Shown in pieces: positions 1 through 7,085 of a DNA stretch of 10,979 bases. The stretch is from Thermoproteota archaeon. Its GTDB lineage: Archaea > Thermoproteota > Thermoprotei > Thermofilales > B9-G17. The DNA is taken from contig JAPDJW010000011.1 in assembly GCA_029258885.1 (NCBI GenBank), positions 1-10,979 on the forward strand, given 5' to 3'. Each line of letters begins with the position of its first letter. Position 1 is the first letter of the stretch. The notes below the pieces were generated by a model. The model ran no database searches, was not told where the DNA came from, and worked only from the letters and a program-made list of their open reading frames with translations. The translations under genes and the position numbers were made by a program.

Positions 1-2056
1 TGTATTCGGCTAGAACATTAAGTAATTCGCCTCCCTTAAGCCTAGCTATGATTAAAACATTATTCTCAGTAGCATTAAATTCGCTGTATACTAGGGTAAT
101 ATTGTATTTATGCATTCCAAGAACTGTGATTTTAGTTACGCCATCATTTAGCATACTATCGTTCGTGCCTCTAACCTCAGATAATATGTAATATACGCCA
201 TTCCGCTCGATAACTGTCGGATATTTTAGCGTTAAATTCCCTACCTTAAGGTCTCTGCCTACAACCGATAGGATTGATACGTTCTGCCACATAACACTGC
301 CGTAGGTTATGTAGCCTCCTAGAGCTACATGGCGTGTATTGTTTAAATTGAGGAGTAGGGAGTAGTCTTCCGTGAGACCGCTGGGTAATGCATATTCTCC
401 CACCCTATTCAGTTCTCCATCCAATAGGTAGAGTCTACCGTATGCGCCTACTACCCTAACTTTGCTAATTAGGATGGTGGTTCTACCAATGAACGTCTCA
501 TTTAAATAGGCGTAGGCGTAGTCGTAGCTATTGCTAACGTAAACCCACTCCTCACCACTCCACATCAGGGGATCAATAAGGTAGCCCTTGATAGGAAGCC
601 ATGAATCTTGCCCCGGATAGACCTCAATATACTTTCTAAGCCATGAGAAATCGAGCTTAAACGATGTCTCTCCTTCTCCAGCCTCATACCCTTTCTCCGA
701 TAATGTGGTGGTTATATTCCATTGAACTTTAATGTTTAACTTAGTTCCGTTATTCAGCACAGCATTAACGTATACTTTTGTAGGCTCAACCCTCTCATAG
801 TATGCCTCCGCTACATACTTTTTATCATTTGGCACAGTTATCGATACAGTATCACTATATGTAGTTATAATCGTAGAATTGTTCTCATCCTTTACGATCC
901 ACTTCACGAAACAAAAGCCATCTAGAGGCAAGGCCTTAAGCGTAACGGTAAATGCTGAAGAGCCTAAACTAGTATTCACTTTATTAACTAATTCAAATGG
1001 AGTGACATTTAAGCCCATAAAGTCTCCGATATATGATATATTTACATTTAACTCGCTTCCTGAAACATCATATGCCTTAATATTTAGTATACTTGTATAT
1101 GCATATTTCTCATAATATGCCGTCAGTATACCGCCTTCGTTTATCCAGCCCGTATCAAGCGTTATAATATCTCTGCCGTTTAACATCCATTTAACAAACC
1201 TATAAACTCCGTATTCGCCGAGACTACTATGTGCAATGCACCTTATCAAACACCCCAACTCAGTTAGGTTAAAGATATATGGAAAATTAGCATACCTAGT
1301 GTAGCTTTCATTACTCAATCTATAGGCGAATTCAGAGCCATCAAGCTTAGCCGGATAGACATCAACATATAATATGTCGCTACCTCCACCGCCTGTTTCG
1401 ACGCTGTATCTGATGATTATCTTTTCCCAATTTACTGATTCTAATTGAAGGTATCCTGAGCCACTATTAATTCTTCCCCAGACTGAGATGTTGTATGGCA
1501 TGTCGAATACTTCGTAGCGGTAGCTGTGCTCTGAGAAGCCCCCAGAGAAGGTGTAGTTCCACGAAACGATTGTAAAGTTCCCGATAGAATGATAGCCCGA
1601 TGAACCGCTGAACTCTTCGTTAATATCCCTCGTGAAGCAGTCGCTATTATAGTAAGCCAAATGAACAAGCATGTCATCGAAATACCCTTTAAACCAGCCA
1701 CCCATATACCAAACAGAGCAGTTCTCTAGAACTCCGGAAATATTTTTGCCGTAGACCCGGAACACGGCTATACGGGGATAGAAGTTAGACCAAGGCGGAT
1801 AATATTCTACAAAATCTCCATCACTAAAGTTGAAGGTTAAAACATCGCTAACATACGAGTAGTTACCTGCCATCCCGTCAGATAAAAAGAAGGAATCTTC
1901 AGCTTTAACTTTTCGACTGTCCCATACGTGAGCTATCGGTCTGAAGACTAATATCATTTTACCTCTGTGCTCTATATCGGGTTTACATGTACCGTAGTGC
2001 TGGATTATAAAGAGCAACAAGAGAAACAAGATGAGCAGTGTCAGTATCTTCCTCAT
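1..2056 (-). CDS. Large exported/cell-surface glycoprotein, partial (3' end outside window), >685 aa, with two InlB-B-repeat-like (FVKW...AYYE) beta-sandwich repeats
   Basis: Manual translation: ATG at 2056 overlaps the upstream TGA (ATGA), with no stop in frame down to base 1. N-terminus MRKILTLLILFLLLLFIIQHYGTC is a Sec-type signal. About 20 N-X-S/T sequons. Repeats at 1109-1198 and 794-910. Not in the ORF track because its stop lies outside the window. Confidence 0.9.
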   Translation of the reverse strand, partial: MRKILTLLILFLLLLFIIQHYGTCKPDIEHRGKMILVFRPIAHVWDSRKVKAEDSFFLSDGMAGNYSYVSDVLTFNFSDGDFVEYYPPWSNFYPRIAVFRVYGKNISGVLENCSVWYMGGWFKGYFDDMLVHLAYYNSDCFTRDINEEFSGSSGYHSIGNFTIVSWNYTFSGGFSEHSYRYEVFDMPYNISVWGRINSGSGYLQLESVNWEKIIIRYSVETGGGGSDILYVDVYPAKLDGSEFAYRLSNESYTRYANFPYIFNLTELGCLIRCIAHSSLGEYGVYRFVKWMLNGRDIITLDTGWINEGGILTAYYEKYAYTSILNIKAYDVSGSELNVNISYIGDFMGLNVTPFELVNKVNTSLGSSAFTVTLKALPLDGFCFVKWIVKDENNSTIITTYSDTVSITVPNDKKYVAEAYYERVEPTKVYVNAVLNNGTKLNIKVQWNITTTLSEKGYEAGEGETSFKLDFSWLRKYIEVYPGQDSWLPIKGYLIDPLMWSGEEWVYVSNSYDYAYAYLNETFIGRTTILISKVRVVGAYGRLYLLDGELNRVGEYALPSGLTEDYSLLLNLNNTRHVALGGYITYGSVMWQNVSILSVVGRDLKVGNLTLKYPTVIERNGVYYILSEVRGTNDSMLNDGVTKITVLGMHKYNITLVYSEFNATENNVLIIARLKGGELLNVLAEY

Positions 2057-3468
2057 GGATTAACACCTAAAATCCTGATCTCGACAACAACTGTTTCTCC
2101 GTCCTCCCAGCGAACGTCCCAACCGAAACGCATGAATATTCCATATCTCCCCTTCATCTCAGGTAGAGGCAGAAGTCTTTCATCACTTAGATCTCTAGTA
2201 ATGGCATAGAATCCTAGCTTGAATACCCCTCTTGCGAAGCGTCCGTCGCTTAGCTTTGCGCATGTCTCGTTTATGTAAAGTATATGCTCCATATTCGGGT
2301 TCTGCACAATGCCTTCAAGCTTCATAATGTATTGGTTGCTATGGAATCTCCTAAAGCAGTAGTTGAAGGTTGCCACGTGTTCCCAGCCCCCTACGACAAT
2401 TCCACCATAGCTCCTCCACCATAACCATATACCACTAACATTCCAATCAAACTCGAGAAACACATCAACGATAACAGGCCTTATTTCAGGATTGGTGAAA
2501 TTATAGAAAATAAGCTTATGATCCTTTAATTTAGCATAGCAAGTCCATAAATCTCCACTATGATTCCATGAGTACGGTGGAAAATACCATATTCTCCTCA
2601 CATACGGTAATCCCCTTAATCCTAATACATAGTGTATCTCTACTTGCTTCATTTCCTTGTTTAACGTTACTGCAGGGTACTTGTAGTAGCTATAGTACTT
2701 GATTGTGCCGTTCCTATATGCTACCGCATACCATCCCAGCCACCAGCTGTGTGTTTCGTTTAGATAAACGCTCCAGTTGCCATGGAGTACACCTTTCTTT
2801 AAGACCGTAGGTAATCTTATAGTTTTACCATTTATAAAGGCGAAATTCGCATGATTAGATGTAATCAATATACCTTCTTCGAGGCTTTCCTGTTCATATA
2901 CTGCATATATAGTTAAATTTTCCCTACTTAGATACAGAAAAAACGTCGAATTATACAATGTATTATTCACCATTACTCCAATGGGCCTATATAGTACATT
3001 ACCTTCTATGAAGGGAGAGATTGAGACCTTAAAACTAACCTTATCCTTATACCTAATTATATAAGGAGGGCGAATGAACGTTCCATTAATTATAATGGGT
3101 CCATTGCCATTAAAACGTACATAGAAATATGCTCTTTTAAATACCGCTTCTACTGTAGTATTCCCGTTTACTTTTAATGTAATAGGTGTTTCTCTCCTAA
3201 TAATACTATTGTTTATACACCAGTAATAGAACTCATAGTCACTGCATGCTGTTGCATTTAAGGTAATAGTAGCAGCACCTATAGTATTATTAAATATGTA
3301 AATACCTTCTTTTGGTGAGATGTCGCCACAGCCAATTTTTCTAATTACCACCTTTATTATATTCTTCTTAATGCCATAATTATTGTGAACAAAATAGCAA
3401 ATAATAAGACCTATGAGCATTGCTATTATAATAATTATTAATAAGATTATGTATTTTGCCCTAATCAT
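2053..3468 (-). CDS. Membrane-anchored surface glycoprotein (471 aa) with an InlB-B-repeat-like segment and a Trp/Tyr-rich C-terminal domain
   Basis: N-terminal hydrophobic stretch (YIILLIIIIIAMLIGLIICYFV). 15 N-X-S/T sequons counted. Segment TITLNATACSDYEFYYW...PITLKVNGNTTVEAVF resembles the divergent InlB B-repeat. GAGGG SD-like motif upstream. Confidence 0.85.
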   Translation of the reverse strand: MIRAKYIILLIIIIIAMLIGLIICYFVHNNYGIKKNIIKVVIRKIGCGDISPKEGIYIFNNTIGAATITLNATACSDYEFYYWCINNSIIRRETPITLKVNGNTTVEAVFKRAYFYVRFNGNGPIIINGTFIRPPYIIRYKDKVSFKVSISPFIEGNVLYRPIGVMVNNTLYNSTFFLYLSRENLTIYAVYEQESLEEGILITSNHANFAFINGKTIRLPTVLKKGVLHGNWSVYLNETHSWWLGWYAVAYRNGTIKYYSYYKYPAVTLNKEMKQVEIHYVLGLRGLPYVRRIWYFPPYSWNHSGDLWTCYAKLKDHKLIFYNFTNPEIRPVIVDVFLEFDWNVSGIWLWWRSYGGIVVGGWEHVATFNYCFRRFHSNQYIMKLEGIVQNPNMEHILYINETCAKLSDGRFARGVFKLGFYAITRDLSDERLLPLPEMKGRYGIFMRFGWDVRWEDGETVVVEIRILGVNP

Positions 3469-3526
3469 GACATATGTCCCTCACTGTCTCTACATAACTA
3501 TTATTATCTATCCCCCTATTATTTTA

Positions 3527-3584
3527 CAAAAAAATATATAGTTAAACGTGTTTGGGTATTCCTACCCTATTATATAGTTTTTTG
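3527..3584. promoter_or_regulatory. Crossed divergent promoter pair (A-rich BRE + TATATA on each strand) with internal palindromes
   Basis: CAAAAAAATATATA (3527-3540, +) and CAAAAAACTATATA (3584-3571, -) form a 14-bp inverted repeat with 1 mismatch. The spacer holds AAAC-GT-GTTT (3544-3553) and GGGTA-TTCC-TACCC (3554-3567). Confidence 0.6.
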
Positions 3585-3607
3585 GTAATAATTCTTGAGA
3601 GGAAAAT

Positions 3608-4333
3608 ATGATAATTGCTCCATATTCTGGGGGAAAAGGAGGAGTAGGAAAAACCACAATATTAACATATCTATCCCTGCTTTTAAGTTCAAAATTTAAG
3701 GTATTAATTATCGATGCTTCTCCAGACTACGGTATAAGCTACATGCTTTTGAAGTATCCCGATCCACCTTATTTTAAAGATGTAGTTAGAGGTGATTTAA
3801 GTATACGCGAGTCTATAAGCCGCTATAAGTTTACATTAGAGGATATAAGTTATGATTTTTACATGATACCGAATAAAGGTAGCATACGATGTAATCTTTC
3901 CGATAATGTATTGAAGCAGATAAAAGACGTTTCAAGAGAATACGATTTCATTGTTATAGATATACCTTCATGGCAAAGGGGAGATATTAGATATCATAGA
4001 TTAACGCTCATATCAAATGTTTTGTTGATTGTAACTACTCCGCTTGTTAATCATGAGCCTGAGATGCTAAACATAGAGAATGATTATCTGAAAAGAAAGA
4101 AAATAATACTTTATGTAATAAATTGTCCAGTTCCAATACCTTCTAAAGTGATAAAAAATACATCTAGGCTTGTAAATAATGGTAATGATGTATATATATT
4201 TCCCTATGATCCAGCTGTAGCTCTATCGGTAGTATTTTTTGAAAAATCCCTCAAAGCTATATCTCGGGATTTTCAGAAACCTTTGTTAAGTTTAGCCTTA
4301 AATCTAGTAAGGTGGAAGTATGAGTATACATAA
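3608..4333 (+). CDS. MinD/ParA-family P-loop ATPase
   Basis: Deviant Walker A GGKGGVGKTT at the N-terminus, VLIIDA (Walker A'), YDFIVIDIP (switch II region). SD-like GAGAGGA at 3597-3603. Confidence 0.9.
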   Translation: MIIAPYSGGKGGVGKTTILTYLSLLLSSKFKVLIIDASPDYGISYMLLKYPDPPYFKDVVRGDLSIRESISRYKFTLEDISYDFYMIPNKGSIRCNLSDNVLKQIKDVSREYDFIVIDIPSWQRGDIRYHRLTLISNVLLIVTTPLVNHEPEMLNIENDYLKRKKIILYVINCPVPIPSKVIKNTSRLVNNGNDVYIFPYDPAVALSVVFFEKSLKAISRDFQKPLLSLALNLVRWKYEYT

Positions 4334-4583
4334 GATACCGATTCCCCGAAATAGTAAGGTAGTTCTAGATAAAGCTGAGGAGATAGAGTCTGAGCTAAGC
4401 CTAGAGGAGATTAAGGAGCTAATAAGGCGATTGGGTGGTGATCCATCGTTCATTGATAAATTAGAAACTGAAATTGAAAAAATAAATAACGAAATAAGTG
4501 AGCTAGAAAGGAAAATACAATCGTTGAAAATTACACGTAATAAATTATTAAAGTTGAGAAAAAGGTTAATAGGTATAAGCTAG
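4320..4583 (+). CDS. Small coiled-coil protein (87 aa), hypothetical
   Basis: Overlaps the MinD/ParA stop by 14 nt and ends 2 nt before the next ATG. Heptad pattern in IDKLETEIEKINNEISELERKIQSLKITRNKLLKL. Confidence 0.8.
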   Translation: MSIHKIPIPRNSKVVLDKAEEIESELSLEEIKELIRRLGGDPSFIDKLETEIEKINNEISELERKIQSLKITRNKLLKLRKRLIGIS

Positions 4584-4585
4584 TC

Positions 4586-5782
4586 ATGTTATATGCACTA
4601 AAGAAATTTAATCAAAAACTAAATAAATTAAATATACAGCACATTAAAGTTAATGAAATCTTAAACTCAGGAAATACAGGTAATCCTAAGCAGATACTGG
4701 TTGACGGCGCCTATAGGATAATAGAGTTAGAAAGTGGTAAAATAGTTATTCAGAATGATGTGGTGAGAGTTTTTCAATCAAATAAAAATCACTTATATCC
4801 TCTTGCTCCACTATTTGAATATAGCGAATGTCAGGAGATCTTTATACGAGTAGATAAAATTTCCACAACGATAAATGGTAGGAGATACGTCGTAGAGGTT
4901 AAGGACTATGATGTACAGGAATTTATTGAAAATCTTGCAATTTTTCAGGGTGTAAATTTAAATCTTACAGTGCCCTATGCAGAAACTTTTCTTAAGAGGA
5001 AAAACTATATATGGAGGATATACCTAAAGCTTCGAGAGAAAGAAATTATTGCTACAAGAATAACGCGTATTCCTTTACTAACAGATTATGATCCCCTACT
5101 AGCAGCTAGGCTTATACTTACCGTGCTAAAACCTAATGTGTTGTGTATTTGCGGTCCCACAGGCAGCGGTAAAACCACTCTATTGAACTCAATTATTTTA
5201 GGAATCCACTACCTTTATCCCTACCTAAGAATCTGCGTTATAGAGCAGGTAAGAGAACTAATTTTGCCTCCATCTGCGCTGGTATCTAGGGCTGTAGCAT
5301 ACGGTGATTATGACGTAACCTTCTTGCTTAGGCAGGCCTTCAGGTATGAACGCCCGTCAATAATTGTGCTTGGTGAGTTGCGTAGCGAAAATATAGAGAC
5401 ATGGTTTGAGGTTAGTAAAGGATTAGCGAGTATAACGACCATGCATGCAAAAGATCTAGATGATGCACTATCCTTTATGCTCTTTTATCTGAGAGCATAC
5501 TATCCTAGAGCTACGCTAGAAGACTTATATTCAATCGTCAACGCTTTCGTCTTTATGAGAAAAATAGAGACTGCTTCTTCCATAATGAGAAAAATTTCCA
5601 GTTTTTACATCGTTAATAATAATAAGGTCGTCAAAGTATATGATGGAAAAAATCACATAAGTGATGAAGACTTCATTAAACTGATAGGTGATGAAACCAT
5701 GGTAGGTGATGCTCGTATTCAATATACTTATATCAAGGATGTATTGTTTAAGGGAAAGCTACAATTTCCTGCTCTCTTTTGA
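4586..5782 (+). CDS. Type II/IV secretion system ATPase (VirB11/TadA/CpaF-like), divergent
   Basis: Walker A GPTGSGKTT, Asp-box-like VIEQVREL, LRQAFRYERP followed by Walker B IIVLGELR, His box TTMHA. N-domain motif YPLAPLF...CQEIFI resembles the family motif of the form GPLxPLLxDxxIxEI. Confidence 0.85.
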   Translation: MLYALKKFNQKLNKLNIQHIKVNEILNSGNTGNPKQILVDGAYRIIELESGKIVIQNDVVRVFQSNKNHLYPLAPLFEYSECQEIFIRVDKISTTINGRRYVVEVKDYDVQEFIENLAIFQGVNLNLTVPYAETFLKRKNYIWRIYLKLREKEIIATRITRIPLLTDYDPLLAARLILTVLKPNVLCICGPTGSGKTTLLNSIILGIHYLYPYLRICVIEQVRELILPPSALVSRAVAYGDYDVTFLLRQAFRYERPSIIVLGELRSENIETWFEVSKGLASITTMHAKDLDDALSFMLFYLRAYYPRATLEDLYSIVNAFVFMRKIETASSIMRKISSFYIVNNNKVVKVYDGKNHISDEDFIKLIGDETMVGDARIQYTYIKDVLFKGKLQFPALF

Positions 5783-5842
5783 GAACAAATAAAACAGCAT
5801 CAAACATTTAAAATATTTTAGGGTTATTATATAAATGCCGTA

Positions 5843-5847
5843 GGTGA
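5843..5847 (+). promoter_or_regulatory. Shine-Dalgarno GGTGA for the KH-domain gene
   Basis: GGTGA 5 nt before TTG 5853, the same spacing as at the L7Ae gene. TATA-like elements at 5807-5814 and 5827-5834. Confidence 0.5.
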
Positions 5848-5852
5848 AGTTG

Positions 5853-6401
5853 TTGCAGGTAGGCCCTATTTATTTAAGCGTAAATAAAGAAAAGATAGGT
5901 TTAATAGTAGGAGAAAAGGGTAAAACAAAGAAGAAGATAGAGGAGCTACTCAAAGTAAAGATAAACATTAATAGCAAAACAGGAGAAATTGTCATTAAGT
6001 CCTCTTCGTCTGACACTACTCTTAATGAACTGTTAAAAGCAAGAGACATTATTAGAGCAATCTCTCTAGGATTCCCCTTAGATATAGCCCTTAACCTACT
6101 GCATGATGAATACTTCTTGGACGTAATAGACCTTAAAGAACATGCTAAGTCACGAAATGCACTAAGTAGAATTAAGGGGCGAATCATAGGAGAAAGGGGA
6201 AAAGCTAAGAAAATGTTAGAAGAAATAACCGGTACATATATATCTATAGGCTTACACACGGTTGCAATAATTGGAGGCTTTGAAGAAGTAAGACTAGCTA
6301 GGGAAGCCATATTAATGCTTATAGAAGGAAGACAACACACCACAGTTTACAGGTTTCTGCAAAGCGAAAAAAGAAGACAAAAATATCGTATTAGCCTATA
6401 G
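5853..6401 (+). CDS. dim2: KH-domain RNA-processing protein Dim2/Pno1 (pre-16S rRNA processing)
   Basis: Two KH GxxG motifs (IVGEKGKTKK, IIGERGKAKK), ARDIIRAISLGF and LIEGRQHTTVYRFL are typical of the family. Start uncertain (GTG 5844, TTG 5850 or TTG 5853); the SD position favours 5853. Confidence 0.9.
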   Translation: MQVGPIYLSVNKEKIGLIVGEKGKTKKKIEELLKVKININSKTGEIVIKSSSSDTTLNELLKARDIIRAISLGFPLDIALNLLHDEYFLDVIDLKEHAKSRNALSRIKGRIIGERGKAKKMLEEITGTYISIGLHTVAIIGGFEEVRLAREAILMLIEGRQHTTVYRFLQSEKRRQKYRISL

Positions 6402-6520
6402 GAAATAATATAATTCATAAGTTTTATATCCTTTAAATGTGATTAATGCCATTCCTTCTATCAGCGTAATTTCTAACAGTTATGATAGATATTGTCATAC
6501 ATTCTCCATTCATTAAACGT

Positions 6521-6535
6521 CAAAACATATATAAA
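6521..6535 (+). promoter_or_regulatory. BRE/TATA promoter of rpl7ae
   Basis: CAAAACA followed by TATATAAA (6528-6535), predicting a transcription start near 6552-6558. Confidence 0.65.
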
Positions 6536-6555
6536 AGGGACTTTGAAGAATGTTA

Positions 6556-6577
6556 TGAGTATGAACGATGAAGGTGA
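6556..6577 (+). promoter_or_regulatory. K-turn in the rpl7ae 5' leader abutting the SD (L7Ae autoregulatory element)
   Basis: UGA-GU-[AUGA]-AC-GAU-GA-A gives tandem G.A/A.G pairs, a GAU bulge, a C-G pair at position -1 and a 2-bp C-stem, directly followed by SD GGUGA (6573-6577). Confidence 0.7.
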
Positions 6578-6582
6578 AGGTT

Positions 6583-6960
6583 ATGAACAAGAAGCCATTT
6601 TATGTAAAGTTCGATGTACCAGAGGAATTGGCGGAAAAAGCATATGAAGCAATAAGTATAGCCAGACATAGTGGCAGTATTAAAAAGGGAACCAACGAGA
6701 CAACAAAAGCCGTAGAGAGAGGGTTAGCTAAGCTAGTTCTTATAGCTGAAGATGTCGATCCTCCAGAAATAGTAGCTCACCTACCTCTTCTATGTGAGGA
6801 AAAAAAGATACCCTATATTTACGTTCCTTCGAAAGAAAAACTAGGTAAAGCTGCCGGAATAGAGGTAGCCGCAGCATCGGCAGCAATAATAGATCCCGGC
6901 GATGCTGCCACACTACTGGAAGAGATAATTAAGAAGCTGGAAGAAATCAAGCTAAAATAA
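6583..6960 (+). CDS. rpl7ae: 50S ribosomal protein L7Ae (k-turn binding; core of C/D, H/ACA and RNase P RNPs)
   Basis: [45 protein letters not shown] signature. The true start is probably ATG 6583 (SD GGTGA 5 nt upstream) rather than 6568. Confidence 0.98.
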   Translation: MNKKPFYVKFDVPEELAEKAYEAISIARHSGSIKKGTNETTKAVERGLAKLVLIAEDVDPPEIVAHLPLLCEEKKIPYIYVPSKEKLGKAAGIEVAAASAAIIDPGDAATLLEEIIKKLEEIKLK

Positions 6961-6987
6961 GCAATAACTATGTAATCATCGCCACGC

Positions 6988-7041
6988 TCATTGCTCCAGA
7001 CCGTCATCATAAAATATGTCAGACAGAAACTAAATGCTCAC
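6988..7041 (-). ncRNA. Candidate box C/D guide sRNA with atypical (permuted-looking) box order; one guide is complementary to the tRNA-Trp anticodon loop
   Basis: Minus strand: GTGAGCA - TTTAGTTTCTGT (12 nt) - CTGA - 8 nt - ATGATGA - CGGTCTGGAGCA (12 nt) - ATGA. The second guide pairs over 10 nt with GCUCCAGACC (typical crenarchaeal tRNA-Trp arm, recalled), and the +5 rule lands on C34. Confidence 0.65.
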
Positions 7042-7085
7042 GCTACCTATTATTTTTATTCCCTTTCTAACATTAGCTGAAGTTA

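Noticed and set aside
879-2209. ORF-track entries 879-1115 (+), 1441-1701 (-) and 1967-2209 (+)
   Set aside because: They are antisense or off-frame shadows of the long minus-strand surface-protein genes and have no recognisable motifs.
3400-3468. N-terminus of the 471-aa protein as a type IV prepilin signal
   Set aside because: MIRAKY does not fit the [KR][GA]-hydrophobic class III cleavage pattern.
1-5782. Accessory module as an integrated plasmid or provirus (ParA + VirB11) targeting the tRNA
   Set aside because: No integrase, no duplicated tRNA 3' fragment or att-like repeat, no VirB4/VirD4 in the window, and core genes lie between the module and the tRNA.
5835-5846. In-frame ATG CCG TAG GTG before dim2, suggesting amber readthrough
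   Set aside because: The AGGTGA is better explained as the SD for a TTG start, readthrough would add only 3 codons, and there is no evidence of pyrrolysine machinery.
5531-6343. Minus-strand ORFs 5531-5722 and 5870-6343
   Set aside because: Antisense shadows of the secretion ATPase and dim2.
6402-6520. Possible sRNA or small ORF between dim2 and rpl7ae
   Set aside because: Only an isolated CTGA on the minus strand, with no paired box C at guide distance and no ORF of meaningful length.
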